The notes beneath the pieces are model-generated. The model was not told the origin of the DNA. It did not search any database and saw nothing but the letters and a program-made list of their open reading frames with translations. Below are positions 10,612 to 22,425 of a DNA stretch of 64,000 bases, piece after piece; position 1 is the stretch's first letter, and each line of letters opens with the position of its first letter. Both the position numbers and the translations under genes were made by a program. Origin of the DNA: Cyanobacteria bacterium VAR_87_metabat_62 (lineage in GTDB: Bacteria > Cyanobacteriota > Cyanobacteriia > Cyanobacteriales > Microcoleaceae); assembly GCA_031427135.1 (NCBI GenBank), contig JANPMV010000001.1, positions 4-64,003 on the forward strand, in the 5' to 3' direction.

Positions 10612-11031
10612 ATCCGTTATTTCCAGCTAAAAAACAATAGTTTGAGACCTACTGCTGACTCTAGCTTACTTAGGTAAAGGTTTGGTAATCGTCAGGTTAG
10701 GAGCAAGATAAGCTTTAGCCATCAGTTATTGATTATTGGTTATTGGTTATTGGTTCGCAATACGTACCGTACGAGGAATTATGCACAGTTTTAAGGTGCG
10801 CGCCTGAGTGTTATAAAGAGTGTTAGAAAAAGTAATTTTGCTAATTTTTAGTGTTATTAATGAGCAAATTTGTGTTAATAAATCGTCTGCCGATCGCCAT
10901 TTAAGACAAAAAACAGCGAAATTGTCAAGTTCGATCGCCCGGGCTGCGGGCCTCCTTCATCCGCTGCGACAACCCTAAAGAACTTCTAAAATAGTTCAAG
11001 AACGTATCAAAAGATAAGAGTAAGGTTTTTC

Positions 11032-11931
11032 ATGGCCGATCAATTAATTCGCGCTACAGCGGCAGACGGCGGAATTCGGGCTGTAGGTGTCATTACCACC
11101 CGTCTGACGGAAGAAGCAAGAGGGCGGCACAAGCTCTCCTACGTGGCAACAGCCGCCCTCGGACGCACGATGTCGGCGGGGCTGTTACTCGCTTCCAGCA
11201 TGAAGCGGCCTGAATCGAGAGTCAACATTCGGATCAAAGGAGATGGCCCCCTGGGCGGACTTATGGTTGATGCGGGGCTGGATGGAACGGTTCGGGGTTA
11301 TGTGGATAATCCAGGGGTGGAACTACCACCGAATGCTAAGGGGAAACTGGATGTTGGTGGGGCGATCGGCAATGGTTATCTGTACGTGGTGCGGGACGTT
11401 GGATACGGCTTCCCTTACTCAAGTACGGTAGAATTGGTTTCCGGCGAAATTGGTGAGGATCTGACTCACTATTTGGCAACCTCGGAGCAAACGCCTTCAG
11501 CTCTGGTTTTGGGGGTGTTTGTGGGGGCTGACGGGGTGCAAGCATCCGGGGGAGTGCTGTTGCAGGTTCTGCCGAAGGCGGCAACGGATGAAAAATTGGT
11601 GCAAACTCTAGAATCTAGGGTGGCTGCACTGTCGGGTTTTACGCCGCTGTTACGATCGGGCAAAACGCTGCACGAGATTCTCGAAGAGTTACTGGGAGAT
11701 ATGGGGCTGGAAATTTTTTCCGAAACTCAGATGGTGCGTTTTGACTGTGGCTGTTCGTTCGATCGCGTTTTGGGAGCTTTGAAAATGTTCGGCGAGGCGG
11801 AACTCCAAGACATGATCGAAAAAGATGAGGGGGCTGAGGCTACGTGCCATTTTTGCAACCAGGTTTACAAAGCTGACAGCGATCACCTTGCCGAATTGAT
11901 CGGCGATTTGCGATCGAACTCGGGTTCTTGA
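11032..11931 (+). CDS. hslO: redox-regulated chaperone Hsp33
   Basis: 299 aa. C-terminal zinc centre CGCS...CHFC. N-terminal DQLIRATAADGGIRAV. Confidence 0.92.
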   Translation: MADQLIRATAADGGIRAVGVITTRLTEEARGRHKLSYVATAALGRTMSAGLLLASSMKRPESRVNIRIKGDGPLGGLMVDAGLDGTVRGYVDNPGVELPPNAKGKLDVGGAIGNGYLYVVRDVGYGFPYSSTVELVSGEIGEDLTHYLATSEQTPSALVLGVFVGADGVQASGGVLLQVLPKAATDEKLVQTLESRVAALSGFTPLLRSGKTLHEILEELLGDMGLEIFSETQMVRFDCGCSFDRVLGALKMFGEAELQDMIEKDEGAEATCHFCNQVYKADSDHLAELIGDLRSNSGS

Positions 11932-12208
11932 GACGATAATGTGTAATTGGTAATAGGAGTGCGAGTTAGCTATCGAGGCCTTGACCAATTGCCAATTACG
12001 CATTATCAATTACCTAATCGCCAAATTTTGATTTTTGGGGTGCCGGCGATGGCGTCCCGCCCTCGCCCGTGCTACGGCTCTTGCAGTCTCCGGCCTTCGG
12101 GAATATGTCAAAGTGATGGATAGATTATTCTTTCTTAGCAGTGGATGGCAGCGATCGCAGTTTGGAAATACTTAAGACGGGCCGGTTGCTGTTTTTGGTA
12201 AGCACGAT

Positions 12209-14272
12209 ATGAGTCAAGATCGCAAAACACCAGGCCGTTGGTCTGCATCAGAATCCTTGGAGTCAAAAAAGGATACTTCATCGCTCGTGCCGCTTCCAGC
12301 CCGGAAAAACCGCGCTGAGCGACTCAGAGAGATCCGAGATTTGGTTATTTCAGGAAAATTGCCGCCAGGGCGTCTGAGACTACCGCCGAAAGAGTCTGAA
12401 GAAAACTCGCAGCCGCCGGGAGAATACAATCCGTTGTGGCGGATCTTCTTGAAGAAATGGCAGTTTTGGCTGGCGGTGAGTTTGATTATGTCGGTGGGTA
12501 TGGGGTTTGTGGCAATTTCGTCTTTGCTCAACTTGACCTCGCAATCGAATTGCTCGAAGATTTTTTGGCCGACGGCTTCGGCTAACGATCGCTTTTTTTG
12601 CGCTCAAGAAGCCGCTAGCAAGCGGACAGCAGATGATTTGCTGCGCGCGATCGAATTAGTGAATGCTTTGCCGCCCGACCACCCGCTGCGACCGAGAATT
12701 AACGGTCAAATCGATCGCTGGTCGCAGGATATTCTCAGGCTGGGAAATGCTAGTTTCCAAGAAGGAAAGCTGGAGGAGGCGATCGCGATCGCCCGCAAGA
12801 TTCCTCAAAACGTGCCAGCTTACCCGACGGTGCAAAAGCAGATTGAAAAGTGGCAGTCGATATGGAGCGATGCAGAGAAAACTTACCGCACGGCGGAAGA
12901 CCATTTGCGTCAGGAAGAGTGGGCGCAGGCTTTTCGCCAAGCTACTCTGCTTTTGGATTCTGGAAATACTTTCTGGGAATCGGCTAAGTACGAGGAACTG
13001 ACTAAGGTAATTGAGGCGACAAAGGCTGAGGGCAATAAGTTGGTAAAAGCCCGGAATACAGCTTCGGAGGGAGGACTCGACAATCTGGTGACGGCGATTA
13101 AGCTGGCTCAGGGAATCGGTCAAAATAGTTATTTGTATCAATCTGCCAATAAGACGATCGCCGAATTTAGCAAGAAAATTATGGCGATCGCCCAAAAACG
13201 GTTGCAAGCTGGCGATTGGCAGCAGGCGGCGGCGATCGCGAATCAGATTCCCGATTCGGCAAATTTAAATGAGCAAGTTCAGGATTTTAACCAGTTGGCA
13301 AATGCTACTTCTCAGGCTTTGACCGGTTCTGTGGATGGTTTGTCCAAGGCGATCGAGATTGCTCAAAAGTTGAACGCGGGTCGCCCTTTATACAAACAAG
13401 CTCAAGATTCAGTTGGCCGCTGGCAGCAAGAAATGGCTGATGTGAAAGTTTTGGAGCTCGCAAGCAGGCTGGCTGCGCCTGGAGGGGTAAAAGATTTGAG
13501 GGCTGCGATCGCCCAATTGCAAACAGTCCCCGAATCAAATCCCCGAAGAGCAGAAGTTCGCAGTCAAATTAGCCGCTTGAGCCGTCAAATCGAGCTGCTC
13601 GAAGATAGTCCGTTTATGCAAAGAGCTAACGATTTGGCAAATACGGGCGATCCGAATTCTCTGGAGGCCGCCGTGGCTCAAGCTTCTAGGATCGCTCAAG
13701 GTAGGGCGCTTTACGGGGAAGCTCAGGGCAAAATTCAAGCTTGGATCGAGAGGAGACAGCGGCTTGTCGATCAGCCGTTTTTGGAGAGAGCTCAGCAACT
13801 AGCGGCGAGGGGCAATTTGGCGGAGGCAATTGAGATGGCGCGCCGGATCAGATCGGGACGGGTGCTTTATGAGGAAGCTCGATCGAACATCCGCAATTGG
13901 GAAGCTCAATTTCAGGGCGAGCAAGGTTTGCAGAGCGCTCGTCAGGCGGCCCGAGCCGGGACTGCTGACGCTTTGCAATCGGCAATTTCCCTTGCCCTTC
14001 AGGTGCCCGATTCGAGTTCGCTCCGGTGGCAGGCGACTGAGGCGATTGATGAGTGGAGCCAGCGGATTTTGGCGATTGGTGTGGAACAGTCGTCGTCGGA
14101 TGTGGCTGGGGCGATCGCGACTTTGAAGAAGATTCCCTCGGGCTCTCGCGCTTTTGAGCAAGCTCGATCGCAAATCCAAGTTTGGCAGGAGTCGCTGAAT
14201 CCTCCGGCTGCTGAGTCTCCTGCTCCCGTTCCCCCGGAAACCGAGCCTGAGAGCAGGTCTGGAACCCGCTAG
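12209..14272 (+). CDS. membrane-anchored repeat protein, function unknown
   Basis: 687 aa, one TM near residue 90, then about 10 degenerate repeats ending in ...Y..A...I..W(Q). Confidence 0.6.
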   Translation: MSQDRKTPGRWSASESLESKKDTSSLVPLPARKNRAERLREIRDLVISGKLPPGRLRLPPKESEENSQPPGEYNPLWRIFLKKWQFWLAVSLIMSVGMGFVAISSLLNLTSQSNCSKIFWPTASANDRFFCAQEAASKRTADDLLRAIELVNALPPDHPLRPRINGQIDRWSQDILRLGNASFQEGKLEEAIAIARKIPQNVPAYPTVQKQIEKWQSIWSDAEKTYRTAEDHLRQEEWAQAFRQATLLLDSGNTFWESAKYEELTKVIEATKAEGNKLVKARNTASEGGLDNLVTAIKLAQGIGQNSYLYQSANKTIAEFSKKIMAIAQKRLQAGDWQQAAAIANQIPDSANLNEQVQDFNQLANATSQALTGSVDGLSKAIEIAQKLNAGRPLYKQAQDSVGRWQQEMADVKVLELASRLAAPGGVKDLRAAIAQLQTVPESNPRRAEVRSQISRLSRQIELLEDSPFMQRANDLANTGDPNSLEAAVAQASRIAQGRALYGEAQGKIQAWIERRQRLVDQPFLERAQQLAARGNLAEAIEMARRIRSGRVLYEEARSNIRNWEAQFQGEQGLQSARQAARAGTADALQSAISLALQVPDSSSLRWQATEAIDEWSQRILAIGVEQSSSDVAGAIATLKKIPSGSRAFEQARSQIQVWQESLNPPAAESPAPVPPETEPESRSGTR

Positions 14273-14297
14273 GCAAGTCTCCGCTTGCCCGACGTTA

Positions 14298-14399
14298 ATA
14301 TCAATTCCGGCTGCGCCGGAATGATCAGCTTTCGATACGGCAGTGCCGTCTCCCTACCACGATCGATTGTAGGGAAACGGCACTGCCGTGTCCTGATTT
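14298..14399 (+). repeat. about 100-bp MITE-like element (same family as 9522-9623)
   Basis: Shared termini plus an internal TACGGCAGTGCCGT...ACGGCACTGCCGT palindrome. Confidence 0.65.
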
Positions 14400-14511
14400 C
14401 GGGTAAAATTAATTCTGATACAACTGGAATTGATATTAGTCCTCTGATTTTGAAGGACTAAAGTTCTGACTACAAACCAATTTTATTGCGGTCGATCGAT
14501 CGGAGATGATA

Positions 14512-14985
14512 CTAAACATCCGCTGGATTCAGGTGCATCATTGCCCAAGTTGTGTAAGTGCCGATCGGACTCCAGAGTATGTAAGGTAGTAATAACAGGG
14601 TTGCTGGCTCTGAAACTTGCAACACGCTTAAAGCTAGGAACACGCTTAAAATAGCGCCTGTTCCGCCGATTATTGTGCCGACTTTCAGGCTCCTAACTTT
14701 GCACATAACCGATGTGTAGGACATGGTTACTATTTCTAAAAGTAGGTACAAACCCATTCGCAGCCAAGTTTCTTGGGTTCCCGGTGCTTGTTCCCAAACA
14801 ATCACGGCTGACCAAGCTCCACAAATAAAAATTACAGTCCAAATTAATGGAATTGCCCTTTCAAATACTAACCATCTCGGACGTTGCAAGCGGTTGAACC
14901 ACTGAATGTCGCTAGGCGCGATTAAATTAGCAGCTAATCCTACTACAAAGACGACGATTCCAATTACCATCCATGATTTAATCAT
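14512..14985 (-). CDS. TspO/MBR family tryptophan-rich sensory protein
   Basis: 157 aa, 5 TM segments, WFNRLQRPRW...IWTVIF pattern. Confidence 0.7.
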   Translation of the reverse strand: MIKSWMVIGIVVFVVGLAANLIAPSDIQWFNRLQRPRWLVFERAIPLIWTVIFICGAWSAVIVWEQAPGTQETWLRMGLYLLLEIVTMSYTSVMCKVRSLKVGTIIGGTGAILSVFLALSVLQVSEPATLLLLPYILWSPIGTYTTWAMMHLNPADV

Positions 14986-15221
14986 TTGTCTTCCCCCTTG
15001 AGCGAGGTTTACGGGTTCGATTAAGCAAATATTTTAGGTAATTCGGGCGCAAAATACATCTCCCTCCAGTCTTAAATTTATAATGAGCGAGGTGACTTAG
15101 ACTTATTAAAACACCAAATTTATTGCCTTCACAGTCCTGGACGCAGAACTTAATTATGTAGGGTGCGCGCGGCGCACCTTACCACTATAGATAGCTCTAA
15201 GTTATTCAACAAAATCGGCGA

Positions 15222-15803
15222 CTAGCCGAGCCGATGATGTTGTTCTAATTCTAAGCTAGAGTTATCATCTTTTCTCGGTACCAAAAGCGTATTTTCGCTG
15301 CTTGGTTGCAACACCGCTTTAATTACTTGGAGAAAACGGTTAGGCTTTTTAGTTTGACCGTTGAGTGTGCGGCGGTCTTTCACTTTTTGAGAAAGGTGTC
15401 GCATTACCGATAAATCGAGTTCATCGATGAAATGGTCTGCGATACGTTCTCCCATTAAATCAACAGCTTCAGAATACTGTTCTGTCAGCGTTTCTATGGC
15501 ATCATAAGCTTCGTCAGCAACTTGACTTGCTACTGTTTTACTTTGGTCGCCTGATGTCTGGGAATTGCTACTGCGCCGGTCTAAAAGACTTTGGTACTCA
15601 GCAATGCTCATTCCCAAATTGTAAAGGTGGTGGTGAGCGTGATCCATCAAATCTACTTCACTGGGATAGAAGAAACCGCGAGTGCTGTTGATGGCGTGCA
15701 GTTTAGCCCAACGCCTCAGAATAGTCTCATCTTGTAGTTGGTATCGCTCCAACATTTGAGCTGTGTTCAGCTCTACTTCTGGCGTAACTTTGAAATCGCT
15801 CAT
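15222..15803 (-). CDS. hypothetical protein (start placed at internal ATG MSDFKV...)
   Basis: Long ORF with no similarity recognised. The upstream 82 codons of the 275-aa ORF look non-coding. Confidence 0.4.
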   Translation of the reverse strand: MSDFKVTPEVELNTAQMLERYQLQDETILRRWAKLHAINSTRGFFYPSEVDLMDHAHHHLYNLGMSIAEYQSLLDRRSSNSQTSGDQSKTVASQVADEAYDAIETLTEQYSEAVDLMGERIADHFIDELDLSVMRHLSQKVKDRRTLNGQTKKPNRFLQVIKAVLQPSSENTLLVPRKDDNSSLELEQHHRLG

Positions 15804-16165
15804 CGGTACATCCTCGTTGGTGAGTAGATAAATAAAATTGAAATTAAGAATCTGTGCTTTGGGTGCAGTCTGATTCAGGACGATCGATCTTTTGACGGCA
15901 CTCACGGAAGTCTTACAGGCATTTGCTAGCATTCGATCGTGCGATCGAGTGAGAGGATTTGAGGGTAGCGTAGTTTTGGGCTTGATCTCGATCGCATCGA
16001 GTAGCAACTGCACAGGGCTAATAATATAGCTGATTTCGTGTTTTAACAACCGTTAAAAATAGTAAATTTTAATTTTTGGGCTTGAATTGTTAGTAATCTT
16101 GGGTTACAATACCCTCAACAACCGTGCAATTAATAATTTGAGTAGTTGCCAGCGAGATTCTTAGT

Positions 16166-16474
16166 ATGCCTGTATACGATTATTTGTGTCCCAAAAACAA
16201 CCAGCAGTTAGAAGTTTCGCACAGCATGAACCTGGAGGTTTCGACTTGGGGCCAACTGTGCGAGATAGCTAAGTGCGAACCCGGGGACACTCCCGTAGAT
16301 GCTCCGGTACGCCGTTTGCTGAGCGCTCCGAGGTTGATGAAGCCGACATCCGACACCGATTATAAAAATCAAGGCTTCAGCAAGTATGTGAAGCGGGATG
16401 AAGGGGTTTATGAAAATGTCACAGCTAAGGATGGTGAAAGCCGGATTGTCAATCGAGATGGCAAGCCGATTTAA
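16166..16474 (+). CDS. small FmdB-like protein
   Basis: N-terminal MPVYDYLCP resembles the FmdB-family start, but the Cys pattern is incomplete. Confidence 0.4.
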   Translation: MPVYDYLCPKNNQQLEVSHSMNLEVSTWGQLCEIAKCEPGDTPVDAPVRRLLSAPRLMKPTSDTDYKNQGFSKYVKRDEGVYENVTAKDGESRIVNRDGKPI

Positions 16475-16538
16475 GACTAAATTTAGGAAATTGGAAATTA
16501 GGAAATTGGGAATGATCGCAAACCAATAACTTCCAATA

Positions 16539-17453
16539 TTATTTGCCAAACCAATCTGTCAATTTCTGCTGCGCTTGTTCCTTAGTTTCAGCATTGATGT
16601 ATACTGAAACAGTAGCGAGTGCCGCCAGCAATACTCCCAGATCATCTGTAAATCCGATACCGACTAATATATCAGGAATCGCATCAACCGGAGATATAAA
16701 GTACGTCAAAGCTCCAACCACCACAGTTTTCGCCCAAGGTGGTACGTTAGGATTTTGAGCCGTATAGTAAAGTTTCAAAGCTTTTTCAACGACTTCTCTG
16801 CCTGCTGATAAAGCGTATTTTTTAAGTTTAACCCAAAAACTTTCTTCTGAGAAAGCCAACTGCTTAATACTTGTAGTTGTGCCTTTTGGATCGATTAAAT
16901 CCAAAGGAATCCCCACATTTTTTAGTTTAGAAATAGCCGATTTTACGGAACCTCCGGCTCGATTTTTATCGTTTCCGGCTGCTTGTATTGCGTGCAAATC
17001 ATGCATGAATTCTTGCATGGCTTGCACTTGCCGATCGGAAACCGCCAGCAGTTTTTTTGCTGATTGAATCGCTTCGCTTTCTTTGGGATGAATGGTATTA
17101 TTTGCCCAAGCAATGCTGATTAAAAAATACATCACTCCCAAACGTAGCGGTTCCGCTGACTGGCTAATTGTTTGCAGACAGTCGCCCAGTGATGGGGGAC
17201 TCGCGGTGTAGGATTGAATTTGAGTCTTGGCTGGTTGAGAAAACTTGTCTAAATTTATGGTTTTAAACAGCAGATTTAGTTCGTCAATATCAACGGAACC
17301 ATCGGCGGCTGCGATCGCAAACAAAGAACCATAAAAAGCTAAAAGTTCGCTTTCTGAGGATGTGGCAAAAATATCTCCCTCAAACACGATGCTACTAAGC
17401 TCGATAACGACGCTTTGTATTTTACCATAAAACTTAGCTCGAAATGATTGCAA
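16539..17453 (-). CDS. DUF1232 (YkvA-like) membrane protein with a TerB-like N-terminal region
   Basis: C-terminal YFISPVDAIPDILVGIGFTDDLGVL is the DUF1232 signature. Confidence 0.55.
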   Translation of the reverse strand: MQSFRAKFYGKIQSVVIELSSIVFEGDIFATSSESELLAFYGSLFAIAAADGSVDIDELNLLFKTINLDKFSQPAKTQIQSYTASPPSLGDCLQTISQSAEPLRLGVMYFLISIAWANNTIHPKESEAIQSAKKLLAVSDRQVQAMQEFMHDLHAIQAAGNDKNRAGGSVKSAISKLKNVGIPLDLIDPKGTTTSIKQLAFSEESFWVKLKKYALSAGREVVEKALKLYYTAQNPNVPPWAKTVVVGALTYFISPVDAIPDILVGIGFTDDLGVLLAALATVSVYINAETKEQAQQKLTDWFGK

Positions 17454-17499
17454 AAATCGGCAATAATTTTAGAGAGGATGAAACAGTGGAGAATTTTTT

Positions 17500-18324
17500 A
17501 TGAAAGTTGCGATCGTCGGCTGTGGCTATGTCGGTACAAGAGTAGCTAAAAAATTGCGCGACAAATCGAATTATACCGTGACGGCGACTACCACAACACG
17601 GGAACGAGTCGCCCAATTGGAGGGTGTCGCCCAGCGGGTGGCGGTGATCAAGGGAAATGACAAAGATGCGATCGCCTCTGTACTACAAGAACAAGATGCT
17701 GTTATGCTGTGCGTCGGTGCTCCAAACCCTTATGCTTATCGGGAAAGTTACTTAGATACTGCGACTACTTTAGTATCTGTGTTAAAGCAGATACCGACAG
17801 TAAAGCAGGTTATTTATACGGGTACTTATTCTGTGTATGGCGATCGGCAAGGTGAATTAGTAACTGAAGAATCACCAGTCGCACCTGCTAATCCCAACGG
17901 TGAAATTCTCGCAGAAACAGAACGAGTTTTATTAGCAGCATCGAGTCCAAATCTCAAAGTTTCTATTCTCAGATTGGGTGGAATTTATGGGCCTGGGCGA
18001 GAATTAGTTAAAATATTTGGACGTTGGGCGGGCACTACTCGTCCAGGTGCGGGTGAAGATGTTACTAATTGGGTGCATACGGATGATGTTGTTGGGGGGT
18101 TAACATTTGCTTTGGAAAATCAATTGCAGGGAATTTACAATTTAGTTGGTGATGTGGCGCTATCTAGTGGTGAATTGCTCGATCGCATTTTTGAAACTCA
18201 CAATTTGCCTCAAGCTTCTTGGGATGGAAGTCCTAGCGTGCGGCCTTATAATGCGAGGGTGTCGAATCTCAAGATTAAGGCGGCTGGCTATCAATTTGTT
18301 CATCCTGAGATTACGGAGTTTTAG
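17500..18324 (+). CDS. NAD(P)-dependent epimerase/dehydratase-family (SDR) protein
   Basis: N-terminal Rossmann MKVAIVGCGYVGTRVA, 274 aa. Confidence 0.8.
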   Translation: MKVAIVGCGYVGTRVAKKLRDKSNYTVTATTTTRERVAQLEGVAQRVAVIKGNDKDAIASVLQEQDAVMLCVGAPNPYAYRESYLDTATTLVSVLKQIPTVKQVIYTGTYSVYGDRQGELVTEESPVAPANPNGEILAETERVLLAASSPNLKVSILRLGGIYGPGRELVKIFGRWAGTTRPGAGEDVTNWVHTDDVVGGLTFALENQLQGIYNLVGDVALSSGELLDRIFETHNLPQASWDGSPSVRPYNARVSNLKIKAAGYQFVHPEITEF

Positions 18325-18515
18325 TTGGGCTAATCTTTTTTTGAACCGCAGATGTAGGCGGATAGACGCTAATGAACGCAGATGAGGAAAGGGCTACTGA
18401 ACTTCACAAAGCTTTACTTTTCCATATTGCCTCTTTCTATTCTTAATCCGCGTTCATCTGCCAACATCTGCCAACATCTGCGGTTCAAAAAAAGCAATTT
18501 TAATCATAAACCAAC

Positions 18516-19778
18516 TTACCCCATAATCTCACCAAAAAAGTCGATCGTCTCTTTCAACGCTTTCACAAACACATCAATCTCCTCATAAGTATTATAAAAA
18601 TACAAACTCGCTCTGGCAGTAGATGAAATATTCAAATAGCGGTGCAAAGCTTGCGTGCAGTGATGCCCGGAACGAATTGCGACTCCCTCCGCATCCAACA
18701 TGGTAGACAAGTCTTGAGGGTGAATTTCTCCCGCTGTAAATGCCGCTAACGCCGCCCTACCTTCGCCGTTGCTATCTGGCTGCGGCCCGTAGATTTTAAT
18801 CTCTGGAATTTGGCGCAATTGTTGGAACAGATAAGCTGTCAATTCGGCTTCGCAAGCGTGAATCCGCTCCATGCCGATGTTATTAAGATAATCGATTGCT
18901 GCACCAAGGGCGATCGCCTCTCCGATTGCAGGCGTACCGGCCTCAAATTTGTGTGGCAAATCGGCATAGGTGGAATATTCGAGAAACACGTCAGCAATCA
19001 TCTCGCCACCACCAAAAAACGGAGGCATTTCTCTCAACAAGTCCAACTTTCCATACAAGAAACCAATGCCAGTTGGAGCGCACATTTTATGCCCGGAAGC
19101 AACCAGCCAATCGCAATCCATTGCCTGCACATCTATTACCATATGCGGCACACTTTGGCAAGCATCAATTAAAACTTTTGCACCATAACTGTGGGCGATT
19201 TCGCAGATTTCGTTGACTGGGTTGATGCAGCCCAAAGTGTTTGAAACGTGAACGATTGAGACTAACTTAGTTTTATCGGAAATCAGCGTTTTGAACTGCT
19301 CTAAATCAAACTCCTGAGTCTCCGTTAACTCGATAAACTTCAGTACCGCACCCGTTTTTTGAGCAATCATTTGCCAAGGAACCAGATTGCTGTGATGTTC
19401 CATTACTGACAGGATAATTTCATCTCCGGCTTGCAGATTGTTTAAACCCCAAGAATAAGCAACTAAATTAATCGCTTCGGTAGCATTGCGAGTGTAAACA
19501 ATTTCTTGGCGGGAAGCCGCATTGATAAAAGCAGCAATTTTATCTCTAGCGCCTTCATAAGCATCTGTGGCTTTTCCACTGAGAGTGTGGGCACCGCGAT
19601 GCACGTTGGAGTTATATTGTTCGTAGTAATCGCGCCAAGCATTCAGGACAACTAGAGGTTTTTGAGATGTCGCTGCATTGTCGAGATAAACTAGGGGTTT
19701 ACCGTTGACTTTTTCCTTGAGAATTGGGAAGTCACCGCGAACTTTTGAGGCTAAGGTTTTTTCTTGAATAAGTGTCAT
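18516..19778 (-). CDS. sufS: cysteine desulfurase SufS
   Basis: 420 aa. PLP-Lys motif [12 protein letters not shown], catalytic RSGHHCTQ. Last gene of sufBCDS. Confidence 0.95.
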   Translation of the reverse strand: MTLIQEKTLASKVRGDFPILKEKVNGKPLVYLDNAATSQKPLVVLNAWRDYYEQYNSNVHRGAHTLSGKATDAYEGARDKIAAFINAASRQEIVYTRNATEAINLVAYSWGLNNLQAGDEIILSVMEHHSNLVPWQMIAQKTGAVLKFIELTETQEFDLEQFKTLISDKTKLVSIVHVSNTLGCINPVNEICEIAHSYGAKVLIDACQSVPHMVIDVQAMDCDWLVASGHKMCAPTGIGFLYGKLDLLREMPPFFGGGEMIADVFLEYSTYADLPHKFEAGTPAIGEAIALGAAIDYLNNIGMERIHACEAELTAYLFQQLRQIPEIKIYGPQPDSNGEGRAALAAFTAGEIHPQDLSTMLDAEGVAIRSGHHCTQALHRYLNISSTARASLYFYNTYEEIDVFVKALKETIDFFGEIMG

Positions 19779-19837
19779 AATTTTTGCAGTTAGTATTGTT
19801 GTGAAACTCGCTTCTATGGCGTATTATTGAACCCGGA

Positions 19838-19937
19838 GATCCCCCTAAATCCCCCTTAAGAAGGGGGACTTTGAAAAGACTCTTGTTCCCCCCGATTGTA
19901 GGGGCGGTGCCCCCGTGCCCGCCCTCTAGGGGGGATC
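19838..19937. repeat. MITE-like element (GATCCCCC family) with a nested GTAGGGGCGG... insert
   Basis: Ends match 3788-3868. Confidence 0.65.
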
Positions 19938-19990
19938 TCTGGGTTTGATTGCAAAGTCTGAAAACACCCCCTAGCCTGTTGCTAATTCCT

Positions 19991-21309
19991 CTATCCTTGG
20001 ATAGCCATGCAGGTAGAAAGCATTTTTGCTACCCCAACAATTGGCAACTTATCCAGAATTTCTGCTGCAAAAGCATCAATCAGCAAATAGCGACTTCTCT
20101 CTAAATCTAAGCCGCGACTTTGCAAGTAGAAGAGTTCATCGTCTTCTAATTGGCTGACTGTTGCACCGTGGGAACATTTAACGTTGTCAGCGACTATTTC
20201 CAACTGCGGTTTGGTATCTACGCGAGCTCTTGATGAGAGCAACAAATTCCGGCTTAACTGTCCCGCGTCTGTTAATTGTGCGGCTTTGGGAACAAAAACT
20301 TTGCCGTTAAATACAGCGCGGGCTTTGTTACCGATAATGCACTTGTGCAGTTGGCGACTTGTACCGTGAGGGTGATTAAAACTAATCAAGCTGTGAGTGT
20401 CGGATAACTGTTCACCAAAAGCTACGGTTAAGCCGTTGAGAGTTGTTTCAGTCGCTTCGCCGTGCTGAAATACTTCTAAATTGTGGCGCGATATTTTCCC
20501 GCCCAAGCTGATAGCATGAGAAGTATAACGGCTGTTGCGGGATTGTGCGATCGCACTTTTGCCAATATGCACAACGTTTAAACCTTCCCGCTGGAGTCGA
20601 ACATGATTCACAGTAGCATTCTCGCCGACAACAACATCGGTGACAGCATTCGTAAATGCAGCGACATTGCCGATCGTTGCGTAATCCTCAACCAGGGTGA
20701 CATTGCTTCCAGGCTCTGCTATAACCACACAGTGCGGCTGACACATGGTCGGAGATACCCCTGGTGCGGTCAGGAATAGTAAATGAATCGGAGTATCAAG
20801 GGACATATTGGCCGGTACGAACACCACCGCAGAATCGACCAAACCCGCGATATTCAAAGCAGTAAATACTTCAGTTTGTTGTCTGTGCTTGCTCAAAACA
20901 TCGGCGATGCGCGCTTGATATTTTTCCGGTGCATTGGATAGATTACCTACATAAAAGTCCGGCAAATTCACCGCTGACAAATGCGGCGCGTAAACACCGT
21001 TGACGAATACCAATCTTAAAGGTAAATCGTCCTTGTCTTTCACGGGCATAATAATATCAGACAGCTTAATTGCTGACTGATTGCTCTGGGGCACATTAAA
21101 CTGAACTTGCGACAGTGGCGACAAATCAGTAAACCGCCATTCTTCATCCCTCACAGTCGGGAAATTTGTAGACAAAACGTATTCAGCAGCCGTCTCACGC
21201 AAATCATTTAACCCAAAAGCCGAGTTTTTTGAATTAGCTTCATCCAACTTTTCGCACTGATTTACCAAACCAGCCAAAAACATTTCTCTAGTAGCAACCT
21301 GAGTATTAA

Positions 21310-21313
<4 letters not shown>
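19991..21313 (-). CDS. sufD: Fe-S cluster assembly protein SufD
   Basis: 440 aa, position between sufC and sufS, beta-helix-type C-terminal half. Confidence 0.93.
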
Positions 21314-22101
<788 letters not shown>

Positions 22102-22180
22102 CTCTTTTTTTCCTTGGCCTCAATGCAGTTTACAGTTGTTTACTCTTGTTTCTAGGCTCTGCCTAGGAATGCGTATCGCG

Positions 22181-22418
22181 AGGCTGAGCCTCGCCGGAAA
22201 CGCTAGAGAGAAATGCGAGGCAGAGCCTCTAGATATGCGTTACCAGGCAGAGCCTGGGAACGAGAGTTTCTCGCCTAAAAACATTATTTTCTTGTTCCTA
22301 GGCTCTGCCTAGGAATGCTTGTTCCTAGGCTCTGCCTCGTCGGAAACGCGAGAGAGAAACGCGAGGCAGAGCCTCTAGATATGCGTTACCAGGCAGAGCC
22401 TGGGAACGAGGGTTTCTC
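22181..22418. repeat. two about 92-nt direct repeats (22181-22272 and 22327-22418) in the sufB-sufC spacer
   Basis: Units share ...CGGAAACGC.AGAGAGAAA.GCGAGGCAGAGCCTCTAGATATGCGTTACCAGGCAGAGCCTGGGAACGAG.GTTTCTC. Confidence 0.85.
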
Positions 22419-22425
22419 ACAAAAG

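Noticed and set aside
12214-14276. Numerous 60-180-aa ORFs on both strands inside 12209-14272
   Set aside because: They are nested in or antisense to the 687-aa ORF, Arg/Ser/Pro-rich, and typical of off-frame translation of GC-richer coding DNA.
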